Assembly (NCBI RefSeq): GCF_009914755.1
Contig: NC_060938.1
Direction: 5' to 3' (one strand)
Source of the DNA: the human T2T-CHM13v2.0 reference genome, Homo sapiens
DNA length: 64,000 bases
This document shows, in pieces, positions 50,410-64,000 of this stretch (the stretch's first letter is position 1; every line of letters starts with the position of its first letter). Made by a program: the position numbers and the translations under genes. The notes under the pieces were generated by a model that saw nothing but the letters and a program-made list of their open reading frames with translations, was not told the origin of the DNA and did no database searches.

Positions 50410-50553
50410 GGAATGGGTCAGTGGGCAGTAGAAATGGCAGCCACACAAACAGGCCTTCAATGTGTGTTTTTAAGGGGACTTTTTGGGCATACCCCATCAC
50501 CTAAGTGCATCCCTAAAGTCTGGTCAGGAGCACAGGTCTTCTGTATGACCTGG
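50410..50553 (-). pseudogene. Relic exon 2 (degenerate)
   Basis: GGT CAT ACA GAA GAC CTG TGC TCC TGA CCA GAC reads GHTEDLCS*PD versus GHEAKPHSRPY. ACT GCC CAC TGA (TAH*, for AAHC) lies 97 nt after the Y-equivalent codon (93 in CMA1). It is followed after exactly 8 nt by ctgag, a mutated gtgag donor. Confidence 0.5.
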
Positions 50554-51040
50554 CTACAGAAAAAAATGGCTTCTCTCTGGTTATGGTCCATGTTAATTTT
50601 TTTAAAATTGAGAATCATAACATACATACATAAGAGTGAAAAAAATTTTTTCTTCAAATGAATAATTATAAATTAAACATTCATGGAATCATTAACCAGC
50701 TTGATTTGTCATTTCCTTTAGACATTTCATCATGTCCTTATCCTGCCCTCTTCAATATGAGAGAAGGGCCATGGATAAGAATTGGGGGCATTTTGAGCAA
50801 AGCAGGTTAAGGGAAACTTCCAAAGCCAGTTTCTGATTCTTTCTCCACCCTACTCTTCTTGTCCCTGGGACACTGTCATCAACTGTGGAAAGTATATGAC
50901 TCTTCTAGGTATAGCTCTCCCTTTGGAACATATGCAAAGATATCCTGCAGCATTATTTTAGGCTCTTCTCTGACCCAGGTTAATGATTTTGGAATAGGGG
51001 CTGAGGACTTACAGGACAGGAAGTTACACCCTAGACTCAC

Positions 51041-51095
51041 CAGATGTGGCTTCAGGAGGCAAGAGGAAGACCAGCAAAATGATCAGGGCCTGCAT
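51041..51095 (-). pseudogene. Relic exon 1: signal peptide MQALIILLVFLLPPEATS+G
   Basis: gggaaaATG CAG GCC CTG ATC ATT TTG CTG GTC TTC CTC TTG CCT CCT GAA GCC ACA TCT G|gtgagt. This is 18 codons + 1 nt, the exon-1 architecture of CTSG, GZMB and rodent Mcpt genes. Confidence 0.88.
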
Positions 51096-51158
51096 TTTCC
51101 CTGCGACATTGCCCATACTGACCATGGCTAGTTCTGTCACCCCTTCACTGGGCCCCGC

Positions 51159-51270
51159 TTTTATAGCCCTAGAAGTAGAAGAAAGGGGATGGCTTGAAGC
51201 CACAGAAACCACCTGATCTCATTTCTGTCTTTCATGCTGGCATGGTTATCTTCCTCATCAGAAATTCTCA
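51159..51270 (-). promoter_or_regulatory. Relic promoter homologous to the CMA1 promoter (TATAAAA 51165-51159; RUNX-like TGTGGCT; GAGGAAGATAA ETS/GATA at 51246-51256)
   Basis: tttctgtggcttcaagccatcccctttcttctacttctagggctataaaa versus CMA1 ttcctgtggttaccagccttgcccctctcttgccttctgggagttataaaa: 39 of 52 columns identical by manual alignment. Confidence 0.85.
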
Positions 51271-51427
51271 TGACTCTACTCTCTGCTCTGGGAGTGTAGA
51301 AGTTGTGGTGAGTTCTCAAGAGTCCTAGGATGAGGGATGCACACTTGTCACTCAGAAAAGCTCTCTAGAAGTAGGTAGTAGCATGCATGGAGGGGGGAGT
51401 TTTAGGTGCTGTAGCACCCATTCTAAG

Positions 51428-51647
51428 CAGGGATTAGGGAACTTTTCTGTCAATCACCAGGTAGGAAGTACTTTCAACTTTGAGAGCCAAATGGTCTCTG
51501 TGGCAACTATTCAACTCTGCTGTGTAACACAAAAGCAACCATAGACAATTTGTAAACCCTGGATGTGAACATGTTGCAGTAAAACTTCATTTACAAAGGG
51601 AAGTGGGAGGCTGATTTGGCCTGCAGACCATAGTTTGCCAGACCCTG
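51428..51647 (+). mobile_element. MER58A (hAT-Charlie MITE)
   Basis: caggg...ggtctctgtggcaactattcaactctgc...gatttggcctgcagaccatagtttgccagaccctg. Confidence 0.8.
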
Positions 51648-52859
51648 ATCTAGGTATCAGCCCTTCTTTCAATTCTAATAATCAGAAGAAAGGAATGTGG
51701 TGGTGAGAGGAGGAAGGAAAAAGGGAGAATTTATTTTTTCAAAATTTTTCTTTCTTTCTATATTTTTATTGAAACATAATTCACATACCATAAAATTACC
51801 CTTTGAAAATATACAATTCAGTGCCTTTAGCAAACTTACAAGGTTGTGCAACCATCAACACTATTTAATCTAGGACATTTTCATCACCCCATAAAGAAAC
51901 CTGTATTCATGAGTAGTCACTTCCATTGTCCACCTCCCCACAACCCCTGGCAACAAATAATCTACTTTGTCTCTATGTATTTTGCCTATTCTGGACATAA
52001 ATGGAATTATATAATATTTGGCTTATTATGTCTGGATTCTTTCACCAAAAATAAAGGGTGAATTTACAATGTGTTTGGCACTGCTAGGACTTTACATGTA
52101 TCTTCTCATTTAATCTTTATTAACAGTCTTTTGGGGTTAGTATTATTATACACAATTATGAAGCACTCAGTGGAAGTTCAGAATGTCACATAGCAGCACA
52201 GCCAAAATTTAATTTGTCTGGTTCTGAAACTCATACTTTTTCTATTCCACTAATTTGAGTAATAAGGGTTGTGGGAGGAAGAGTTAGTCCAATGAATGGA
52301 GAAAAAAATGGAATGTATAAAGGAGAATATTTGTGTTCTCTGGAGGGGTTGGGGTAACCCACTTGTGCATTGAGAGTCACACCTGGCTTGAGAATAAATT
52401 GATACCTGCAGCTGTCATTATTTGAAATTATCCTGGACTCTCATTACTTTATGTGCCACTGAGGAAGAATAAAATTGTTCTAAATTAAACAATAATGTGT
52501 CATTAATTATCAGGTTCATTTCTGTTGTGAAGAGGTTAAAATGAGAAATATTGTGCATCTTTTAACCTATGACACATGGTAGAGTTCAGGTGTGTGCTTT
52601 ATCTCATTCACCCTCAAATCAACCCTGAGAAATATTATTGTGTTTATTTTACAGATGAAGAAACTGAGTCTCAGATAATTTGAATCACTCGAAAAAACTT
52701 TGTAAGCTATAAACATAACTAGGTATCGAACTTATATCCAATTGCATGATCTTTCCTTACATCATCCTGCTGTCCTGGACTGTAGAAGCAGAGCAAAACC
52801 AACAACAAACCATTTCCCTCAATTTTATAAGGCACAATCCATATTATTATGATTTTCAA

Positions 52860-54322
<1,463 letters not shown>

Positions 54323-54324
54323 CA

Positions 54325-54510
54325 GGCGAGGCCTCAAGTAGCTGGGACTATAGGTGCGCACCACCACGCCTGGCTAATTTTTTGAACTTTTAGTAGAGAC
54401 TGGGATTTGCCATGTTGGTCAGGCTGGTCTTGAACTCCTGACCTCAAGTGATCTGCCCACCTCGGCTTCCCAAAGTGGTGGGATTACAGGAGTGAGCCAC
54501 TGCACCCGGC
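54325..54510 (-). mobile_element. Alu fragment (AluS-like)
   Basis: gtagctgggactatagg...gtgagccactgcacccggcc. Confidence 0.85.
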
Positions 54511-56109
54511 CCTTATTTTGCTTTTTTGCTTCCATTGCAGATTCATTGCAGATCCGAGCACAGTTGGGTTTATGTTGTTTCCTGCTCTGTCTTACCTCCT
54601 TTCACCAGTCTCCCCGTTTATTCAGTGTTCATTCTAAGCAGTCCTTAAATCATCCCTTTCCCATGGGTTTGGGTAGAGACCCTTAAATCTGGGATAGTTC
54701 TTTCGTTAAACCTTGTGATGCTGCCTGTCCCTCTATCAGCTCTCAGCATTGGCAAGGCCAGCAATGGAAAGTTCCCTGCATCTTAGAATCAAATCTATCA
54801 ATGGTGATCTCATATCTGGTGGGATTTAGAAGAAGTCTGTTATGTCACAAACTGTCCTTTTCACATGCTTACATGAAACTCATTCGATTTGTGGTTGTTG
54901 CCAGGAATGGAGGCAGCCAACTCCTGAGGCAGTGTGGCAGGAGTCAGAGGGCCAAGCCTCAAAGATTCTTTTATGCGCCCCCCCTTATGTGTTTTCAGTT
55001 AGAGTGAGTACTCCCTTAATTGAGGGACTACTCAGGACTTCTGAGTAGTCCTGGATTTAGCCCTCCAGGATCTGAAATCAATGTTGTCCCAGATAATGAT
55101 TCTGCCTTTCATTTGCTCTTTTTTCCTGTATTTCCTTATCTCTTAACACATACATCCAGGAAAAACTTTCTCCTTCCCCTAGAAGTTATGCACAACTGAC
55201 ACAGTTTTGAACATTTGGCTAGTTTATTGATGCTGCCATAGGGAAGTGCTCTAAGTATCAAGATCTCTTGTGAAAGACTGATTTTTCAGTCCCTGTAAGG
55301 GGAATGTCGTAAAGAGAAAGGAGCGGTGAATTTCTCAGGACAAATGTCCCTGATTAACAGCAAATATTACATTGTTGAGACTTAGGAAAGGGTACATCTT
55401 TTTCCTACAAAAGCCTTATTCACACCATGCATTTGGGAACGAGGTGAAGTAAGTATTAAATACGTAGTTAAGAGCTCTGGAATCAGACTGCATTGGAATC
55501 CTGGTAGCACCCTTTATCAGCTTTGTGACTTTGGGTGCATTTCTTTATCTTTCTTAGCTCCCCACTCCACATCTGTAAAATGGGCTTAATGATAGTGAGG
55601 ATTAGATATTTTTTGGGGAAAGCATCAGGCATAGTAAGTACTCAAAGTTAGTTATTAATATTGACATTATTAGCCCCCAAGATCACTAACCTCTTCCAAG
55701 AGTTTGTGAACCAGAATTGTCTTCTTTTAAGTTATTCCAGGACTCTAAAAGGCCAAATAAATAAAAAGAGGACCTCTCAGCACTTGGAACAGTCTTCCAC
55801 CTGCCTCAATCCTTATCAGAGGGATTCTGGGAGGCACCACTCTGTTCCCAGCCCCTACTGTGAGAAGCAGTGGTTCTGTGCCCTGGGGTTTCCCAGCCTT
55901 GTGAAAATGATAACATCCTTTGTGTGTTACGCTGGGGCAGTTAGTTGCATCCTCATTTTGTGCTGTGGGACCTCACGTGCCACTATTTCTGTGTATTCTT
56001 GCAGTTGCTCAGCTTCCCCTAATTTTTATAACCTTTTCTGTATGGCCTGGGTTCCTTGAGAACCACCTGATACATGACTGGCACTATCTCACCCAGCCTC
56101 AACCTTCTA

Positions 56110-58137
<2,028 letters not shown>

Positions 58138-58159
58138 AAAAAAAAATACCACTCACTCA

Positions 58160-58600
58160 CTCACTCACTTTATCAGTGAGAAAGTAGATGGATGAGCACT
58201 TCCTAGATACCAGACCCTGGTGAGACAAAGGAGATCACAGTCTGCAAGCTCATAACTACAGCACGAATAGCCACGTGCTTCAGTGGGAGGTGTATAATGT
58301 GCTGTGTGGTGGTAAGAGAAGCTCTCGTCTGTCCTGGAAAGGCAGTGACAGCTTCATTTGAGGTGAGATCTCAAGGATAGGTTAGATTTTATCATTGGAC
58401 AAATTGAGACAGGGCTTTCTGTGCAGAAGTAGTGACCTATGCAAAGAGGGCAAGAGAAGGGATGGGTGTTTGCGGAACTACATAAAGTATCTAGCATAAA
58501 GTTGAGTGAAAGAGGGCAGGAATGGTGGAAGATGAGGCTGGAGAAGAGCTGGGTCAGGAAGGGCTTATGTGCCATGAAAGTGTAGAGTTTGTCCTATAGG
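58160..58600. mobile_element. L2 fragment
   Basis: L2 3'-end-like motifs (cactcactcac..., gatgaggctggagaagagctgggtcagg...gtgccatg). Confidence 0.6.
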
Positions 58601-58609
58601 TCAGTTTTT

Positions 58610-61600
58610 AAAAATTGTGGTTAAAAAAACACAAAATAATGGTAAAAAAACCCATAAAATTTACAATCTTAACAGTGTTTAAATGTACAGTACAGTAGTG
58701 TTAACTCTATGCACCCTGCTGTGCAGCAGATCTCTGGAACTCTCTTATCTTGCACAATTGAAACTCTATACCCATTGAATAATTCCCCATTTCCCCCTTC
58801 CCCAGCCACCATTCTGCTTTCTGTTATTCTTTGAGTGTTGCCTAATTGAAATACCTGATGTAAGTGGAACTATGAAGTTTAAAATTTTTTTTGCTTATGT
58901 GTGATTGGCTTACATCACCTAACACAATGTCCTCAAGTTTCATCCATGTTTTAGCATATGACAGGATTTCCTCATTTTTTAAGGCTGAATAATATTTCAT
59001 AATATGTATATACCACATTTGCTTTATTCCCTCATCCATGGTCATTTAGATTGCTCCTCCCTCTTTTTTTTTTTTTTGGGACAGGGTCTTACTCTGTCAC
59101 TCAGGCTGGAGTGTAGTGGCACATCACAGCTCACTGCAACCTTGAACTCCTGGGGTCAAGCAATCCTCCTCCCTCAGCCTCCTGAGTAGCTAGAACTACA
59201 GGTGTTCATCACTATGCCTGGCTTATTTTTTGTTTTTAAATTGTGAAATATATCACCTATACAGAAAGGACTTACAGTTTACCCATCAGTTTAAAGAATG
59301 ATTATAGAGCAGATGCTTGTATTACTATTACCTAGGTTAAGAAATAGAAACATAGACAGCTCCCAGAAGCCCTGTATGCTTCTCAATCACAATTCTATAC
59401 CTCCACTATAGGTAACTCTTAGCCTGACTGACTTCTGTGATAATTCCTTACTTTTTTGAATCTATTTGGCTCCTGAGTTTGGAAAAGTGAAATAGTTACA
59501 TTTTTACCATCTATGTATGTACCTCTATAAAATATAATTTAGTTTAGTCTATTTTGAATATTATATAAATGGGATAATATGTATGTATTATTTTGTAACT
59601 AACTTCTTTCACTGAATATTATGTATGCGGGATCTGCTTATGTTGTTGTGTGTAGGTCATTGTTTCCATTGTGTGAATACCACAATTTAACTATCAGTTT
59701 TACAGATGATGGACATTTTCTTCTGTCTGGTTTCTTTAAATTATGCATCTAACGCCAGGAAAAGCATTCTTGAACATGTATCCTGGTGCACATTTGTACA
59801 TGTCTTTATGGCCTGTTATCCAGGAATATAATCATTTGGTCAAAGCATATGCATAGCTTCAACTTTAATAGGAAATGCCAAACTGTTTCCAAAATCATTG
59901 TACCAATTTATGCTCTTACCAGCAGCTTATGAGACTTCTTTTTGCACTACAGCTACACAAACATACAGTATTTTCAGGTAGTTTAAAATGAACTTTTTAC
60001 TGAAGAATGACACAAGTATACCAAAGTGTACAAATCTTAGGTGTAGTCCCAACGTATTGTTACAAAGTGACACACTCATGAAACTGCAACCTAGATCAGA
60101 CAATAGACCATTGCCAGCATCTCAGAATTCCTTCTTAGACGCTGCCTTTCTTTTCCTGAAATGTAACTTCTACTTTGACTCCCATTATCTTAGATTGATT
60201 TTACCTTTTTGTTTTAAAACTTTATGTAAATAGGATCAATCAATAAATACCCTTTTGTGTCTGGTTTCTTTTGTTTAACATTATTATTGTAAAGATTCAT
60301 CCATGTGTTTGTGTGAAATGTTGTTCCTTGATTCTTATTGATGATTACTGTTCCATTAAATGATTATACTATAATTTATATATTAATCCTACTGGATATT
60401 GAAATTTGTCTTATTTCCAATTTAGTTGTTGCTATTGGGAATGGATCTGCTCTGAACTTTCTTATTCATATCTTTGGTACCTAGATGTATGCATTTCTGT
60501 TTCGTGTATCTTTAGAAAAGAATTGTCGTGCTCAACATAAGCATACATTGAACAAAACATTTCTTCTTCAAAGTGATTGTACTACTCCCATCAGTAGTGT
60601 ACAAAAGTTTTGGTATGGTTGGTATACTTTGGTGACACTTAGTATGTCAAAACTTTTTATGGTAGGCACTCTGGAGGTTCGGTAATGGTTTCTTATTGTG
60701 GTTTTAAATTTGCATTTATCTAAAGACCAACAGGGTTGAAAAATGTTTTACATATATATTGGCCATCTCAATATCTATTGTGCTAAGTATGTATTTAAAA
60801 TTTTGTTCATTAAAAATTGCATTGTCATTAAGAGATATACCTAATGTTAAATGACGAGTTAATGGGTACAGCACACCAGCATGGCACATGTATACATATG
60901 TAACTAACCTGCACATTGTGCACATGTACCCTAAAACTTAAAGTGTAACAATAATAAAATTTTAAAAAAATTTGCATTGTCTGTATTTTTCTTACTGATG
61001 TGTAGCTCTTTGTATATTTGGATATGAGTATTTTGTCAAATACATCCATTGCAAATGTTTTCTTCAACTTTGTGATTTGTCTTTTCACCCTCTTATCTTT
61101 TGATGAACAAAAATTCTTAATTTTAAGATTAATTCACTTGTACATATAGATTTTGTGCATATATCAAACTAAATGAGAACATTTTTGCAAGTGTTCCATA
61201 TAGAGGCAGCAGAGATATTCCAGGTCAGAAAGTGAGAGATGCATAACGCAGTGGAGGCAAGGCGCCGTCCAGTTGCATTGTGGGGAGCTGATTGCTATGG
61301 CAATGACTGGAGTAAAAATGTGGGCCAAGAAAATGTGAGACAGGGCACAAGAGGTGTTCAATATGCATGTAGATATTTTAATCTGCCTGTATATCAATAG
61401 AGGTGCCTGTCGTACAAATAGAGATGTGTTAAAACGTTCCAGTATGTTTGAGAATTTGTTTTGTTGATTACTGCTTTGTATATTCTGAAGTTATGTTATT
61501 AGATGCACATGGTTTAGAATTATCATGTCTTCTTAATGAATTTAACTTTTTAACATGATTAAATGTCTTCTAAAATCTCTAGTAATATTCCTGTCTTTAA

Positions 61601-62830
61601 AGTTTTCTTTGTGAAGTTAGATCAGCTTTACTTTTTGGTTAGGGTTTTCAAACAATCTATTTTTTCATCTTTTTACTTTCAACTTTTCTGTATCATTATA
61701 TTTAAGACATTTTCCTTGTAAGTAGTGTATAGCTGTTTTTCAATCCAATATGATCATTTTGTCTTTTAATTAGATTATTTTTGGGGTGCATTTTAAAAAA
61801 TAATATCTAATATTCATTGAGCACTTACTATACATTATACTAGTCACTGCATTAAATGCTTTTCATATGCTCTGCCATTCAATTCTTACCACAAATCTAT
61901 TTAGGTAGTAATTGAAATAGTTGATGTAAAATCTACCACCTTACTACCTGTTTTCTATGTTTCACCTGTTATATGTCCTTTTTCTTTCCATTCTTATCTT
62001 CTTTTGGATTAATTTCTTAATCATTTAATTTGGCTTCTCTTTCTGCTTGCTAGTTATATGTTTTTTTAAATTCTTTTAATAGTTACCCTGGAGATGAAAA
62101 AATAAAGTCTTGACTTATTAAATGTAGTTTAAGTTAGTACTCTTTCCACTTCCTGGAGAATTCAAGAACATTAGAAGATTTTAACTTAATTAGTTCTCTT
62201 TAATCTCTTATGTTATCATTGCCACATATTTAAAACCCTACTAAGACATTATTGTTATTGCTTTAGATAGATAATATTTATTAGATTTACTCATGTATTT
62301 ATCTTTTCTTTGCATTTGATTCATTCTTACATTTGAGTAATTTTGCTAAAAATATTTTATTAATTTGAATAACTTTATATAAATATTTTTCTAGTGGTTT
62401 TTTTGGCAAAGAATTCTGTCAGTTTTCTGTTTATTTGGAAATATTATTATTTCACCTCTAGCATTAAAGACTATATTCTTTAGATATAGAATACTAAGTT
62501 GGTAACTATTTTAAAAAAAACCCTTTATACATATATGTTCAGCACCTTAAAGTACATTATATCATCTTATGGCTTCCATTGTTTTTATAATAAGAAACCA
62601 GGTGCCAGTCTTATTGTTCCTTTTTTACTTTAATAAATTGTTTGCAACATTTTACTATAATATGGCAAGGTGTGTTTTTCATTTTTCTTTTCAAAATTTA
62701 TACTTTAAAAATTCTGTAGCTTGATATATTTTATCACTTTGAAAAATTCTTGGTCTTTAGAACTTCAAATATTATTTCTGCTTTATATTCTCTTTCTTCC
62801 TCTTTTAAGACTCGAATTTCATTTTACATT
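58610..62830. mobile_element. Patchwork of old L1M fragments with an Alu monomer (about 59063-59235)
   Basis: AT-rich L1M-type sequence. Confidence 0.6.
60827..60963 (+). mobile_element. Very short 5'-truncated L1PA 3' end with TSD aaaaa(t)ttgcattgtc
   Basis: gagatatacctaatgttaaatgacgag...cctaaaacttaaag; flanks at about 60812-60826 and 60966-60981. Confidence 0.85.
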
Positions 62831-62840
62831 AGAATTTCTT

Positions 62841-64000
62841 GAGGTCGAGCCAAGATGGCCGAATAGGAACAGCTCAGGTATACAGCTCCCAGCTTGAGCG
62901 ACACAGAAGACAGGTGATTTCTGCATTTCCATCTGAGGTACCGAGTTCATCTCACTAGGCAGTGCCAGACAGTGGGCGCAGGACAGTGGGGGCAGTGCAC
63001 CGTGCATGAACCAAAGCAGGGTGAGGCATTGCCTCACTTGGGAAGTGCAAGGGGTCAGGGAGTTCCCTTTCCTAGTCAAAGAAAGGGGTGACAGACGGCA
63101 CCTGGAAAATAGGGTCACTCCCACCCGAATACTGCGCTTTTCCTACAGGCTTAAAAAATGGTGCACCAGGAGATTATATCCTGCACATGGCTCAGAGGGT
63201 CCTATGCCCATGGAGTCTCACTGATTGCTAGCACAGCAGTCTGAGATCAAACTGCAACTTGGCAGCGAGGCTGGGGGAGGGGCGCCCGCCATTGCCCAGG
63301 CTTGCTTAGGTAAACAAGGCAGCTGGGAAGCTCGAACTGGGTGGAGCCCACCACAGCTCAAGGAGGCCTGCCTGCCTCTGTAGGCTCCACCTCTGGGGGC
63401 AGGGCACAGACAAACAAAAGACAGCAGTAACCTCTGCAGACTTAAATGTCCCTGTCTGACAGCTTTGAAGAGAGCAGTGGTCCTCCCAGCAAGCAGCTGG
63501 AGATCTGAGAACGGGCAGACTGCCTCCTCAAGTGGGTCCCTGACCCCTGACCCCTGAGCAGCCTAGCTGGGAGGCACCCCGCAGTAGGGGCAGACTGACA
63601 CCTCACACGGCCAGGTACTCCTCTGAGACAAAACTTCCAGAGGAACGATCAGACAGCAGCATTCGCGGTTCACAAAAATCTGCTGTTCTGATGATACCCA
63701 GGCAAACAGGGTCTGGAGTGGACCTCCAGCAAACTCCAACAGATCTGCAGCTGAGGGTCTTGTCTGTTAGAAGGAAAGCTAACAAACAGAAAGGACATCC
63801 ACACCAAAAACCCATCTGTACATCACCATCATCAAAGACCAAAAGTAGATAAAACCACAAAGAGGGGGAAAAAACAGAGCAGAAAAACTGGAAACTCTAA
63901 AAAGCAGAGCACCTCTCCTCCTCCAAAGGAGCGCAGTTCCTCACCAGCAATGGAACAAAGCTGGATGGAGAATGACTTTGACGAGTTGAGAGAAGAAGGC
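62841..64000 (+). mobile_element. L1PA 5' UTR and ORF1 start (element continues beyond the window)
   Basis: gagccaagatggccgaataggaacagctc...ccacaaagagggggaaaaaacagagc...gaacaaagctggatggagaatgactttgacgag. Confidence 0.92.

Larger units (their letters stand above)
49010..51165 (-). pseudogene. Unprocessed, heavily decayed five-exon chymase/cathepsin G/granzyme-family serine protease pseudogene
   Basis: CMA1-homologous promoter with TATA, intact 55-nt signal exon, and ordered remnants of PHSRPY/AHC, LGA/DIMLL, EVK/GDP and PP..IS..WI motifs at family spacing; AATAAA at 49015-49010. Confidence 0.75.

Overview
Human-type genomic DNA from the mast-cell chymase locus (14q11.2 by established knowledge). 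The only intact protein-coding gene is CMA1 (chymase): minus strand, 5 exons, 247 aa, catalytic triad intact. Most of the rest is transposable-element sequence: L1s of many ages, Alus, MIR/L2/CR1, ERVL internal fragments, a solo LTR12, a full-length THE1 and hAT MITEs. The main finding is about 4-6 kb upstream of CMA1 on the same strand (about 49010-51270): what appears to be a decayed, unprocessed five-exon paralogue of the chymase/cathepsin G/granzyme family. Its promoter aligns with the CMA1 promoter, and its 55-nt signal-peptide exon 1 (MQALIILLVFLLPPEATS-G|gtgagt) is intact. Eroded remnants of exons 2-5 follow at family-typical spacing. Also notable are a human-specific pre-Ta L1 with a twin-priming inversion and a 17-nt 3' transduction, an older L1 with an ~420-bp 3' transduction just downstream of CMA1, and a fully inverted, tail-less L1 fragment with a clean TSD. 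All alignments were done by eye; repeat subfamily names and most repeat boundaries are approximate.
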